A DNA stretch of 32,757 nucleotides from Octopus bimaculoides (taxonomy: Eukaryota): NCBI RefSeq assembly GCF_001194135.2, contig NC_068981.1:110255159-110287915 (forward strand), given 5' to 3'. The notes under the pieces were generated by a model. That model made no database searches and was not told the origin of the DNA. It saw only the letters and a list, made by a program, of their open reading frames with translations. The translations under genes and the position numbers were made by a program. Position 1 is the stretch's first letter. Each line of letters begins with the position of its first letter. Shown here one piece after another: positions 21,510 to 32,757 of the stretch.

Positions 21510-22363
21510 GTTTCTTTAAAAGTTCTTCTAAGCATCTATTAAATCAACACTTACTTTGTTTTGACTTAAAAGATGTCTAAATATGAGAAGTTCTTGGTTT
21601 ATACAATTTATCAGAACTCTTTCTCTCTCACCTTTTCACTCCTCTCACACTGTATTTATGTGGTTGTATGTGTGTGCCAACTGGTTGAGTCAGTAATCTC
21701 CTTACCTTGGTACACCTGTAAATAATTGCAATACTCCATTCAGTAGTTTTGCTTATCGGCCATACCTGTTTTTTGTTGTTGTTTTTTTTTTTGATAATTG
21801 GAAGTTTTAAGAAATACACCATTTATCATTCTATATTTTCTTTCTCATTGTAATTTCATTACTTATTTTGTGCATTTATAATTTGTCTATATTTTTAAAA
21901 AAAAAGCACTATTTTATCCCCAAAATAACCTTAATGTTTTTGTTTCCTCAACTCATTTATGAAATGTTCATTTCTAATATGCTGAATCTTAATTTAATTT
22001 TTGTCAATGGCTTGTTTTGACTTTGGTTGTCATGTGTAATAAAATTATTTCAGTATAATTCTCTCTAAACTATTGATGTTGGCTGTCAATAATAATATTT
22101 TCAGCTGAGTTTGCCACCAGTGTTCTTATGAATTCCTTATTGTTACACAGTTGAACTATTTGTAGCTTACTGCTTTCTTTACAAGTTCTTCTTTTAAACA
22201 AAATCAACTCTTACTTTGTGATGACTTAAAAGATGTCTAAATATGAGAAGTTCTTGGTTTATACAATTTATCAGAGCTTTTTCTCTCTCCCACGTCACTC
22301 TCTCACACTGTATTTATGTGGTTGTATGTGTGTGCTGATTGGTTGAGCCAGTAGTCTCCTTGG
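21510..22363. repeat. dispersed direct repeat ~190 bp (21510-21705 and 22175-22363; offset 660)
   Basis: Identical 54-bp block (21562-21615 = 22222-22275) and 36-bp block within more diverged flanks. Confidence 0.9.
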
Positions 22364-22500
22364 TAAAACAGAAAAACAAAACATAATAATAAAGGTATCA
22401 GTAATATACTGGACTGTAATTTGTTATTTTATCATTGTTGTTGTGTGAGATTTGTAAATCACAATAGGTTTGTGAAATATTAGGACACAAACTTACTCAC

Positions 22501-22671
22501 CTAAACTTTCTTTTTGCTTTGTTACAAAAAGATCTATGATAAATAGATTTTAGATTTCCAGTGTTTTGAAATCTTTGACGCAAGGAATTATGGTTGTACA
22601 CTGATTGCTGGTTGTTGTAGTCATCGTACTCCCTGGCATTCTTCGAGTGTCTGTTGAATTTGGTAATAAAC
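22501..22671 (-). CDS. candidate exon (171 nt), product unknown
   Basis: TCTTTAG| acceptor and AG|GTGAGT donor; 56 open codons FITKFNRHSKNAREYDDYNNQQSVYNHNSLRQRFQNTGNLKSIYHRSFCNKAKRKF; no recognised homology. Confidence 0.3.
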
Positions 22672-22801
22672 CTAAAGATTTATTAAATTTACAGGGATAT
22701 ATTGTTTTCATTCTATTTCCTATAGCACGGTTAATCTTGTACTATATATTCACTATCCAGTGGAATAGTGGACACACACACAAATACTCCTAAAGCATTA
22801 T

Positions 22802-23185
22802 TTCCAAGTTTCTGAATCATAAAGAAGGACGGCCTTGATGTTGGAATTCAAGATGCAGAGTTCTGGGCTTGGAGTTCCAGACTGGTCAAAGACTGTTGAA
22901 AGTGTACTAGGCTCTGACAGTCCTAGATCTCACATCCAATTCTGTTGCAGCTGTCTTTGAAATGTTACTGTCTATATACACAAACTTTTCAGTTTCTGGA
23001 AAGGTTCAGTACCAATTTGAATTGGTTCCTGGTGACAGGTGTTTAGCCTCAAAATTTCCATTTTGTTCTCATTCACAGAGGCCTGTTTTCATTGACTCTT
23101 CAGCTGACTTTACGACTTTGAGCTGCATCTCCTGCAACCACTTACTAAGATCAAAATTCCTCAGCTTTGCTCATATCATTTCCAA
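22802..23185 (-). mobile_element. old RTE-type LINE RT fragment (distinct lineage)
   Basis: Frameshifted EESMKTGL-VNENKMEILRLNT...FVYIDSNISK...ELDVRSR...NIKAVLLYDSETW. Confidence 0.75.
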
Positions 23186-24029
23186 TTGATATGTCCTTAA
23201 TTAATTTCTCTTTTGTGAAACTAGCTTATAGATATATTTGAAAATTCTCAAAATTTTGACCAAAACAAACTTGACCAAAAAACATACCAAATGAAATTAA
23301 GGAAGGAACAGCTTTAACTAATAGATAGGGAATGAATAAGCAAATTAAAAACACAGCCCCTCATCAAAAAGATATTGAAGAAGCAGAAGAAATAACAGGC
23401 AATAAGCATGTGACCACATCAACAAATATAGATATACCACCAAAACCATGTTTTGGTGTGAAACTTGAGTTGTGAAGTAAAAATTTGGTTTTAAACCATC
23501 TACTCTGCAACGTTTATTGGGCATTTGTCTTGCATTTGTTTGACACAATCTAGCAGTTGTGTGTGCGCGTGCATGCATGCATGCATGTACATGACATCAT
23601 TCCTGAAAGTCATTGGTATTGTAATCAAATATAACATGCTCCATGGTTGGATCATTTAGCAACTAAACTGGCACTCCTCAGTTGGTTAGCTTAATGAACA
23701 AAAATAAGACCTAACATGAGGTCTGAGTTCCTGTGCATTATTGCACAGGAAATACTTAGAAAAATTTACAATGCTGAAAGGCCAATGAATTTGTGTAAAG
23801 CCATACTAAATACAGATTGTTAAAAGAAGTTACTCTGGATATCCTGGCAGTCAAGCCACTACAATCTTTGATGTGCAACCATATGTAAAACCCAATGATT
23901 TTGGTATTGCTATGTTTTTGGTAATTTTTATGTCTGGCCAGTAAGATAGTGTGGTGCTGTGCAAGCCATGTTTTTTATTGTGGATATTTTAGATACAGGT
24001 ATTGCTTGTTAATATGGATGGTCTACTGA

Positions 24030-24241
24030 GGGCGCGAACTCACAAATTCGTTAAGATGCTGGGCAAAATGCTTAGCAGCATTTCATCTGTCATTATGTTC
24101 TGAATTCAAATTCCGTTGTGATTGACTTTGCCTTTTCATCTTTTTGGAGGTTAATAAAATAAGTACCAGCTGAGCACTGGGATCAATGTAATTGACTCAC
24201 CCACTTCCTGAACTTGTTGACCATGTGCTAAAATTTGAAAT
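24030..24241 (+). mobile_element. tRNA-derived SINE with a Nin/Deu-like central motif
   Basis: GGCGCGAACTC...GTTCTGAATTCAAATTCC...TTTGCCTTTTCATC...AATAAAATAAGTACCAGCTGAGCACTGGG...AAATTTGAAA; domain assignment is from recalled consensus. Confidence 0.65.
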
Positions 24242-24943
24242 GAATGTAGATAGTTCACTTAATTGTGTTGAACTATCTTACAGTTACTTGATGATGTGTT
24301 TTTGTTATATATTCTCATATATATTGTGTAGAGTTTAATGCAATCTTTGGGAGATACTGCATGGGTTAATATATGGCTGGTGGTAACCTTAAAACATAGT
24401 AAAATTCTATCATGAACGTCCTCATTATTAAGTCAACTTTCATTTCATAATGTGTGTATGTGTAATGTATGTAATATATATATATATACATACATATATT
24501 GTATTCTACCTGATAAAGCACCCACACATGGCTGTTACTGAAAACTATTCAACTATATAGTAACTATAAAGAACAATCTTGTATAATAGTATATGAATAT
24601 AAATTCAGCAACTTAAAGCTGGTGTGCACTGCAGAAACAAATATTGTGATCTACTATTAAAGCCTGATGTCCTTAATAGTCGCTTTATATTATTCTTGTA
24701 GGATATTAAATATTAAAAATAACAATAACAAAGATATTGTTACCTTAGAAATATGTAATTAGTCTTAATATTGTGAGTTAAAAATTATTTTTTATTTGAA
24801 ATATTGGATAACTCAAAATATCAGGTCTAATTAAATATTTCTGAAGTAGTATTTCAGTATATTATAATTTTTTTACATTTAATGTTCTTTGGCATTGCTA
24901 CCACTTTCTATAAAACACTGATTTCCTATATATTGTAATGCTT

Positions 24944-24947
<4 letters not shown>

Positions 24948-24991
<44 letters not shown>

Positions 24992-25201
24992 NNNNNNNNN
25001 NNNNNNNNNNNNNNNNNNNNNNNNNNNNNNNNNNNNNNNNNNNNNNNNNNNNNNNNNNNNNNNNNNNNNNNNNNNNNNNNNNNNNNNNNNNNNNNNNNNN
25101 NNNNNNNNNNNNNNNNNNNNNNNNNNNNNNNNNNNNNNNNNNNNNNNNNNNNNNNNNNNNNNNNNNNNNNNNNNNNNATATATATATATATATATATATA
25201 A
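24948..25201. repeat. (GT)n and (TA)n microsatellites flanking an assembly gap (N 24992-25177)
   Basis: Direct reading. Confidence 0.95.
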
Positions 25202-25888
25202 TTCAAAACAACATTTAGTAAATAAACAAATGAACATATACTAAATACATATATGAACAGAAAACACAGAAGGTCACCAACTCCTCATCAGTTATCAGCC
25301 AGAGAGTCAGATGCAGTTTTGGCCATTATCGATAATATTGCTTCCACTCTGAAGGCACCTTCAAGAAAATTGCTGGGAATGGGATCAAAACACAACAAAA
25401 CGAGATAGGCTCAAGATGAGACCATTAGTGGACAGAAGAAAGGCTTAGGGCCAGACAAAAACAACAATAATAATATACAACAAAAAAAGCCGTGAGGCTG
25501 CAAGACAGACAAAAGGGGGTAATGCAAAGGAGAAATGAAAACTGTTCTAAAGGACTATAGACACAGGAGGGGTAGAGTGAGGAGCACAGAGAATCATGAC
25601 TGATCTAGTTGAAGGCTAGGCGAAAAAGGATGACACTGCCTAAGGTCATCATGGGTCACGTGATAGTGGGAGGAGAGAGGAAGAGTCAGAAGGATTAGAG
25701 AAACAGAGGAGAGTATTGGAGGGAAAGAGAGAGAGAGAGGGAGAGAAAAAAATTAAAAGTGAAGCAAAGTAAAGGAAAGAGACAGTGGCACAAAAATATT
25801 CCAAGAATATTCTACATATGGCTAAAAATTTAAGGAGTGCGTGCATTACATAAATAATATTTTCACATTTTTAAAAATTATATATCTA

Positions 25889-25920
25889 CTAGTGTACCTG
25901 TGCTGTCAGAAATGACAGCA
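25889..25920 (-). mobile_element. Helitron 3' terminus signature
   Basis: Minus strand TGCTGTCA-TTTC-TGACAGCA hairpin, 8 nt, then CTAG|T. The 5' end was not located. Confidence 0.6.
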
Positions 25921-26452
25921 TGAAAATGATATGGAAAATAAAATTAAAATAAAAACATTTCAACCTTTATCTCAGTAATTGCTTCACCACCATGTTTCTA
26001 GTGAAAACCCTACCAGCACTGAGTTCACCTTGTTTTGGATGGTCCGTTTCAGTATTAACCATTATTCTTCGTTTCTTCTCCTCGATGTTCTCTTTCGATT
26101 TCTCTCCTTTGTGCTGCTTCCTCTTCCATTTCATTTTGTCGCCTTTGCGATGCTGTCATTCTTAGATATTCTCTCTTCACTCTGCTTGTTCTTCTGTTTC
26201 ATCTTGGCACTTTTGTGCTGCTCTCTCTCTTTGGATATCCCTCCTTTGTGCAATTAGGTGCTCCTTTTCATTTCGATGTTTATGACCCTGTCTTCTTGCA
26301 CTTGTCTCTCTTGTCTCACTTCTTGTGATTGATTTGATAACCTTAATGTATTGTTTAATCTTCTTGTGTCCAGTTCTTCCTGAGTGAGACTGGCTGTTCT
26401 TCACCTTTGTCTCTCTCTGGCTAACTGTCACCTTCTGTCTGATTCATTCTCT

Positions 26453-26996
26453 GGGGCTAATGTAGAATAGCACCTCTCCTAGAAAAATGCCTTTTTTCGG
26501 AAAAAAAATTTCTGCATTCCTACGTTTTAGATGTCGGAGATTACAAATATACTTTTTTTATCGACCCCCCCCCCCCACCAATTTAAAATTCCAAGCCTTT
26601 TCGAAATGTTTTTCCAATGCTTTAGATGATGGAAATTACAAATATGCAAGGAACCACATTTTCAAAATTTTAAATTTAATAAGCATATAAATATATGTGT
26701 ATAAAGAGATAGACAGATATGAATGTCTTCCTGGGGCTAAAAACAACAGTAACACTGTCTTCTATAGGACCACCACATTTAGTTGACAAATATATTTTAT
26801 GAATAAACAAAGATAAATAGATAAATTGACAAATAAATAAATGGATGAAAAAGTTCAAAATTTAAAATTGGGTGAAATTTAAAAAATGTGTTTTTTGCAT
26901 ATTCATAATCTCCAACATCTAAAACGTAGGAATCTGAAAAATTATTTCCCCCAAAAATGCATTTTTCAAGGAGAGGTGCGATTCTGCATTAGCCCC
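26453..26996. mobile_element. 544-bp MITE, Merlin/IS1016-like, long imperfect TIRs, 8-bp TSD CATTCTCT
   Basis: GGGGCTAATGTAGAATAGCACCTCTCC... / ...GGAGAGGTGCGATTCTGCATTAGCCCC; CATTCTCT at 26445-26452 and 26997-27004. The superfamily call is from GG termini plus the 8-bp TSD. Confidence 0.85.
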
Positions 26997-27284
26997 CATT
27001 CTCTATAGCAGATGGATGAGTATATTTAATACATGAAACATAACCTTCAAAACAAATGAGTATGTTTGTGTGTACATTAGTTTGTTTATATTTCTATACG
27101 TAACCATGCAAAGTCCCAAATTACACAGGGTTACATTAATGGTGTGCACACCAAGACTTTTTTTTTTTCCAGCAACGTCTACATGTTCTCTATGTCTGTC
27201 TGTCTCTCTCTCACTCTCTTCATTATATATGCTTACTATTCTGCATGTTGAAATATTCTTTCTCTACTTTGTAACTTGAAATGT

Positions 27285-27319
<35 letters not shown>

Positions 27320-27337
27320 TATATATATATATGTGTG

Positions 27338-27347
27338 NNNNNNNNNN
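27338..27347. other. assembly gap (10 N) within (CA)n/(TA)n repeats
   Basis: N run. Confidence 1.
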
Positions 27348-27405
27348 ATATATATATATGCGTACATACACAGGATATACATTTTTTTTTTATTCATAAT
27401 TTCAG

Positions 27406-27479
27406 AAAAGACAGTAACCCAATTACAGCTTGACAAGCTGGACAACGTCCAAAGACATTTGTCATCAACAAGTGCAGTG
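27406..27479 (+). CDS. candidate internal exon (74 nt), product unknown
   Basis: T10-ATTCATAATTTCAG| acceptor and TG|GTAAGT donor; open frame KTVTQLQLDKLDNVQRHLSSTSAV. Confidence 0.4.
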
Positions 27480-27779
27480 GTAAGTAGTGACTTGATAGTT
27501 TGAATCAATATAAAATATGTTCACAAACACCCACTTATCCATAAAATATGTATTCACATATAAACACAGAATTGTTGTATTTATTTAATAAAATATGTAA
27601 ATAAACTAAATGTTATTGGAAACTATTTGTTTTAATATAACCTCAGTTAAAAGGGAGTCATTTGGAAACTGTCTTAATTGAAAAATAAATAAAAAGGAAA
27701 TTTTTCTTGAATTTTAAAAACAGTAAATATTTTACTGTGCAGAAAAGAAAGCAGAAAATATAACAGGTCTTAGTCACCT

Positions 27780-29140
27780 GTCACTGCCTTCATGAGGCCA
27801 ATACTCAAGCAGTGCTTTTTATGTGTCACCAGCAGGGGTGCCTGTCAAACAGCATTGGCATTGGCCATGACTATGATTTCACTTGGCTTGACAGGTTTTC
27901 ACAAGCACAGCATATTGCCTAACAATTGAAGGGTGCTTTTAACAGGCCGATTACACAACACTGGCATCAGCCATGACTATGATCTCACTTGGCTTGATGG
28001 GTCTTCTCAAGCACAACATATAGCCAAAGGTCTTGGTCATTGTCATTGCCTCTGTGAGGCCCAACACTCAAAGATCGTGCTTCACCACCTCGTCCCATGT
28101 CTTCCTTGGTCTATGTTTTTCCACAGCTTCCCTCCACCATTAGAGTGCGACATTTCTTCACACAGTTGTCCTCATCCATACACATCACATGACCATACCA
28201 ATGCACTCATCTCTCTTGTACACCACATCTGATGCTTCTTATGCCTGACTTTTCTCTCAGGACATTTACACTCTGTCGTGCATGCGCACTGACATTACAC
28301 ATCTAGTGGAGCATACTAGCTTTATTTCTTTCTAGCCTACACTTGTCCTCAGCAGTCACGGCCCATGTTACACTGCCATGTAGCATGGCTGTTCGCACAC
28401 AGGCATCATATAGTCTGCCTTCCACTCTGAAGGAGAGGCCCTTTGTTAACAGCAGAAGTAGGAGCTCTCTGAACTTTGCTCAGCTTATTCTTATTCTAGC
28501 AGCTATGCTCTCGGAGCATCCCCTCCCCTCTGCTACTGACCTGGTCACCTAAGTAACGGAAGCGGTCGGCTACTTCTAGTTTTCCCCCCTGGCATTTGAT
28601 GAAATCTATTTTCTGTACATTTTCAGTGTTAATTGTACCTGTGCACCTTCCACACACAAAACTACCTTCCCTGTTAACCTTCCTCTAATATTGCTGCACC
28701 TTTTATGTAGCCATAGCTTACGCCAAGTACATCTTGTGGAGTTTCTACCTACACCTTTTCTATAGACCGAGCAGAGCTATCTATCTGAAGTATTTGTGGT
28801 TTGTCTGCCTTCCTACTTACTAAGACTTTGGTTTTTGCTAGGTTAACTCTAAGGCCATTCGATTCTAGACCTTGCTTCTTCTCAAGTTCTGGTAGTGATT
28901 CAGCAATTAGAGCAAAGTCATCAGCATAGAGGAGTTCCCAGGGGCAGCCTATCTTATATTCCCCTGTGATTTCCTGGAGGACTATGATGAACAAAAGGGG
29001 GCTGAGGACTGATCCTTTGTGAATCCTTATTTGTACCCTGATTTCTTTACTATACTCATTGCCAACTCTCACCTTAGTGGTAGCATCTCTCTACATGGCT
29101 TGTACAGCTCTCATCAACCACTCATCTATCCCTAGTTTCC
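27780..29140 (-). mobile_element. RTE LINE fragment (RT with YADD, PHD-like insert, C-terminus, partial 3'UTR)
   Basis: HKGSVLSPLLFIIVL...PWELLYADDFALIAES...LRVNLAKTKVLV; same family as 13116-15491. Confidence 0.93.
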
Positions 29141-29235
29141 ATCGAAATCCCTCCCAGATCTGTTTTCCCTTTCATTCCTCTGAAATCGAGAGAATGAGTA
29201 CCAGTGAATAAAATAAATACTAGGTTTAATAAACT

Positions 29236-29665
29236 GGTGAGTCTGCATAATAAGAAGCTTGCTTCCTAACCATATGGTCTTGTGTTCAGTTCCATAATGT
29301 GGAACTTTAGACAAAAGCCTTTCACTATAGACTTGGTCTGACCACAGCCTTTTGAGCAGATTTGGTAGACAGAAATTGAAAGAAGCCCATCATGTATATA
29401 TGTATACATGTATATGTTTGTGTTTGTTCCCCACCACTACCAGTTGCCAGTGGTGATGGTGGTGGACAAACACAAAAAAAGAGACTGACAGAATAACTAC
29501 CAAGCTAAAAAAAATAAATACTGGAATCAGTTTCTTTGACTAAAATCCTTCGGAGTGGTGCCCCAGCATAGCCACAGTTCAAAGACTGGAATAGATAAAA
29601 GATAAACTAGAAAACAATGTCTCAGTATGGTTACAGTTCAATGACTGAAACTAGTAAAAGAATAA
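29236..29665 (+). mobile_element. decayed tRNA-derived SINE with a duplicated tail
   Basis: Head similar to the 19242 copy (GATTTGGTAGACAGAAATTGAAAGAAGCCC); 3' half similar to 10093-10295. Confidence 0.72.
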
Positions 29666-29869
29666 CAGTCAGTATCTAACCATCAAGGAACCATTAGCTC
29701 AGTTGCTCAACCTACTAGAACTAACAGCCAAATTTAATGTGAACCATCTCTTATTATTGTCAGAAGTAGACACATTGGATGATTTGGTCTTGGATTCTAT
29801 TATACAATGGAATGTACAATATGCTTAATGAGAAGTTTTTAACTAGTAGTAATTCAAGGCAAAATTCAA

Positions 29870-30600
29870 GACAATGCTTGAGCTAGTACATGATCTTTTT
29901 GCCATTGATTCTGTTCTGGAATGTAACATACTGTACACAGTTTTCCAGCTGCTGCAAAAACTTTTGGTTTGACTATAAACAGTAAGAAAAGTGAAACTTT
30001 TGTATTAGCTTAGACCAGTGTATGTTGAAAGCTGTTTGCTCTTTTACATATCTCAGTTCTTTATACAGATAAATATGAAGATAGATTAAGAGATTGAAGC
30101 TCAAATTAGGAACATCATTTCTGTATTTCAAAATCTACACCGGTAGTTAGGGAGCTCCTATGATTTTTTTGGAAAATAAGATTGGTGCCCATGACACTGT
30201 TGTTCTTAAAACTCTTTTCTACATTACTGAATCATGCGCTCCATACATAAAGTACATCGAACATTTTGATTCTTTCCAGATATAGTGTTTCAAGAGGCAG
30301 ACATTTTCCTGTGTAACAGGATGACAAAGTAAAGAATAGTTCTGTAGTGTCTAGGTCTTACATCATATATATTGAGTCCTTTCTCATTAGATCCTTGTAA
30401 TATGGCCAAAACAGTTGGTTAAAATAGGATGCAGCCCAAAATCATAAGCTACTCTTTTATGGTGAGATTTATAACATAACTTCCCTTGTCCAACAAGTGG
30501 GAAATCCTAACTACTCTCGAACATGTGCTTTTAAGCATAGAATAGTTGAGCATCATATATGAACAATTTTAAAAGATTGCCATAAATTAGATTTTTTATG
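29870..30600 (+). mobile_element. ancient RTE/BovB-like LINE fragment (possibly extending to ~30850)
   Basis: Heavily decayed AAAKTFGLTINSKKSE...FTYLSS...EIEAQIR...QDDKVKNSSVVSRS..IESFLIRS...KLLFYGEI. Confidence 0.62.
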
Positions 30601-31231
30601 AACTAATAATCTTTGTTTAAATTGCAGTTTTGTTGCATTCAAGCAGATTTTAATTTTAAACATGTATCTGAGAGTTTCCATGTTGAAATGGGGATATGAT
30701 CCTTACTTGTGATTGCTATAGCAAAGTTTGTAAAAGTCTCAGTAGTTTGAATGAACATATGCATAATCAGCCTGTCAATTAAATCTGCAAAGATAAGTTT
30801 TAGAAGCCTCATTCATCATGCATTCCATCATGTGTGTACAAGTTATAACTGTGATCCTCATAGCCCCCATGAAACTGGGAAGGTTAATACGATTTATATT
30901 TAATTTAAGCAGTTCTAAGTTGGGAAAATACAAGTAGGATGGGGATTTCAGGGAGTTAACATTCTGGAGATGAAGGATTGGACAGTGGTTAGTGCAGGGC
31001 TTAAACAGTACACAGTAGGAGTAGTGAGAGGAAGTGTCAGGTAGGCTTGAGGGGAGGTTATATGCTTATTCACTGGGGGGGGGGGCATTCCAGCTGCAGT
31101 AGACCAGATTATAGACACAGAAGGAGGTCATCTGACTAAACAGTAAAGCTTTACCATTTAGTTAGATAGCTTTCTTTTAGTCAAGGAGTTGAGGATCTTT
31201 GTGTGTTTAACCATCCCAGATACATTCATGT

Positions 31232-31234
<3 letters not shown>

Positions 31235-31273
<39 letters not shown>
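31235..31273. repeat. (CA)n microsatellite
   Basis: Direct reading. Confidence 0.95.
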
Positions 31274-31278
<5 letters not shown>

Positions 31279-32000
31279 GATATAATGAATTTGATTTCAA
31301 ACTCAGCCTAATTCTATACAGGAAAAGATAATTAAAAAAACAAATTGGTTAAACTAAAGTGTAAAACAGACCTATACAAAAGAAACTAAGTTTTAGATTT
31401 CTGTAAACATTTGCTTTCATTTCAAAATATGTTTTAAAATAGAAACATTTAGCTCAGTCATATACTTGTATTGATTTGGTAAATGTTGTTTTTATCATTG
31501 ACAGGAACTAAAAATATTAAATACTGTTACTTCTTTTGTTATAATACTAATAAAAGACATCTTTAGAAATCTTCATATTTTATTAAAGTATTTTTTTTTG
31601 TCTTATGAAATATGTCTTATGTAAAAGGAGCTCTATGCTATAAGGAACTTTCTTTTTTTTTAATCAGTAAACTGTTTGACAAGGAGATTTGTTGAATAAA
31701 GGCTAGTGCTTGCAGTAACTTATAAAATATTAACTGGCAGGAAGTAGTTTCCTTTCACATTATTCATGTGTTTGTTGATGTAACCATATATGCTTTTAAT
31801 ATACATTAATATATATGTCGGTATCAGAAATAAAATACTGAACAACAACTATGCTTGGTGTTGTTGTTATTCAGTTATTGTAAAGGGGAAAAGAATTTAG
31901 TTTCCTACGAATCTATGTAAAGCAAACTAAAACATGCAGTAATATATGTTTAGACCAAATTTAGTTTTGTTTGCTTTTGATGATAGAAAGGATTGCACAA

Positions 32001-32757
32001 TCTATATATATAAAAATGAGAATGTGTGTCTGTCTGTTTGTCTGTCTGTCTGTGTGTGTGAATCCCTAAAACTCGAGAACTATGCAACCAATTTCATTCA
32101 AATTTTACACATGCCTTACTTAGGGTTCCAGTTGTGTTTTAGTAAAAAAAAAAATGTTTAACTTCTTGCAGAGTTCGAGCACACGGCAACATAATATCTC
32201 CTCCACTATTTAAGTATTACGTGTCAAAAGTGAAACAAAAACACTTATGTCAAATACTTTCACTTTAAAAATGAAACTATTCCACTAACTGAAACAATCA
32301 CATTTCGATACTGTAATGACAGATACTTTCAGAGAGAGAGAAAGAGAGAGAGAGATGTATATATATATACATATAGATGTATATGTACACGTTATTCCAC
32401 TAACTGAAGTAATCACATTTCGATACTGTAATGACAGATACTTTTAGAGAGAGAGAAAGAGAGAGATGTATATGTATACATATAGATGTATATGTACACG
32501 TATATGTATAGATATATATATAGATATAGATCTATATGCATACATGTATATGTATGCATATGTGTAGATGTATATATATATATAGATGTACATGTAATAT
32601 GTACACATATATACATATATATATACATGCATACAGATATCTATACATATATACACCCATCACACACATACACATGCACACAAACACACACATTAGTATT
32701 TGTTTTCTTATACATAACGGCCATAACTCCCATGAAAATTCATATATTTTTGATGTT
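32001..32757 (+). mobile_element. non-autonomous Helitron 5' end (3' end beyond window or not located)
   Basis: A|TCTATATATATAAAAATGAGAATG, a (TCTG)n run and the GAACTATGCAACCAATTTCATTCAAATTTT motif typical of short Helitrons; internal 115-bp tandem duplication at 32278-32500. Confidence 0.68.

Noticed and set aside
22218-22338. Box C/D snoRNA (GTGATGA...CTGA)
   Set aside because: Both boxes are absent from the paralogous copy despite conservation of the sequence between them; no terminal stem or recognisable rRNA guide.
23070-23105. Minus-strand CTGAAGA-GTCAAT-GAAA as a hammerhead
   Set aside because: No stem II or triplet; it lies inside decayed RT coding sequence. Other CTGANGA hits (11.7, 11.9, 12.5, 15.7, 17.4, 25.3 kb) lack a downstream GAAA and stems.
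25644-25653. GTCACGTGAT E-box
   Set aside because: Isolated short motif with no promoter context.
27438-27479. GQRPKTFVINKCS resemblance to the Akt PH domain
   Set aside because: Only a few residues match, and the frame has an upstream stop from the strong acceptor.

Overview
AT-rich, microsatellite-dense animal genomic DNA with four assembly gaps. The repeat families (RTE LINE with a (GAT)n tail, tRNA-head SINEs sharing that tail) look like octopus/cephalopod repeats as I recall them; this is inferred, not verified. No complete protein-coding gene is recognisable, so this is probably intronic or intergenic sequence. Most of it is transposon debris: at least three RTE-clade LINE lineages (including a nested insertion with a 6-bp TSD), tRNA-derived SINEs, an internally deleted mariner, Helitron/Helentron-type elements, a Merlin/IS1016-like MITE with a perfect 8-bp TSD, and a 114-bp near-perfect palindrome. 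The most notable signal is an intact type I hammerhead ribozyme (9835-9898) inside a non-coding 553-nt unit present as a 1.36-mer direct repeat (9310-10060), a retrozyme/Penelope-like architecture. Three further decayed hammerhead-like loci (about 7.1-8.0 kb, 10.7 kb, 20.2 kb) lie nearby, two associated with long inverted repeats. A few splice-site-bounded exon candidates exist (minus strand 21.5-22.7 kb, plus strand 27.4 kb) but cannot be assigned to a gene.
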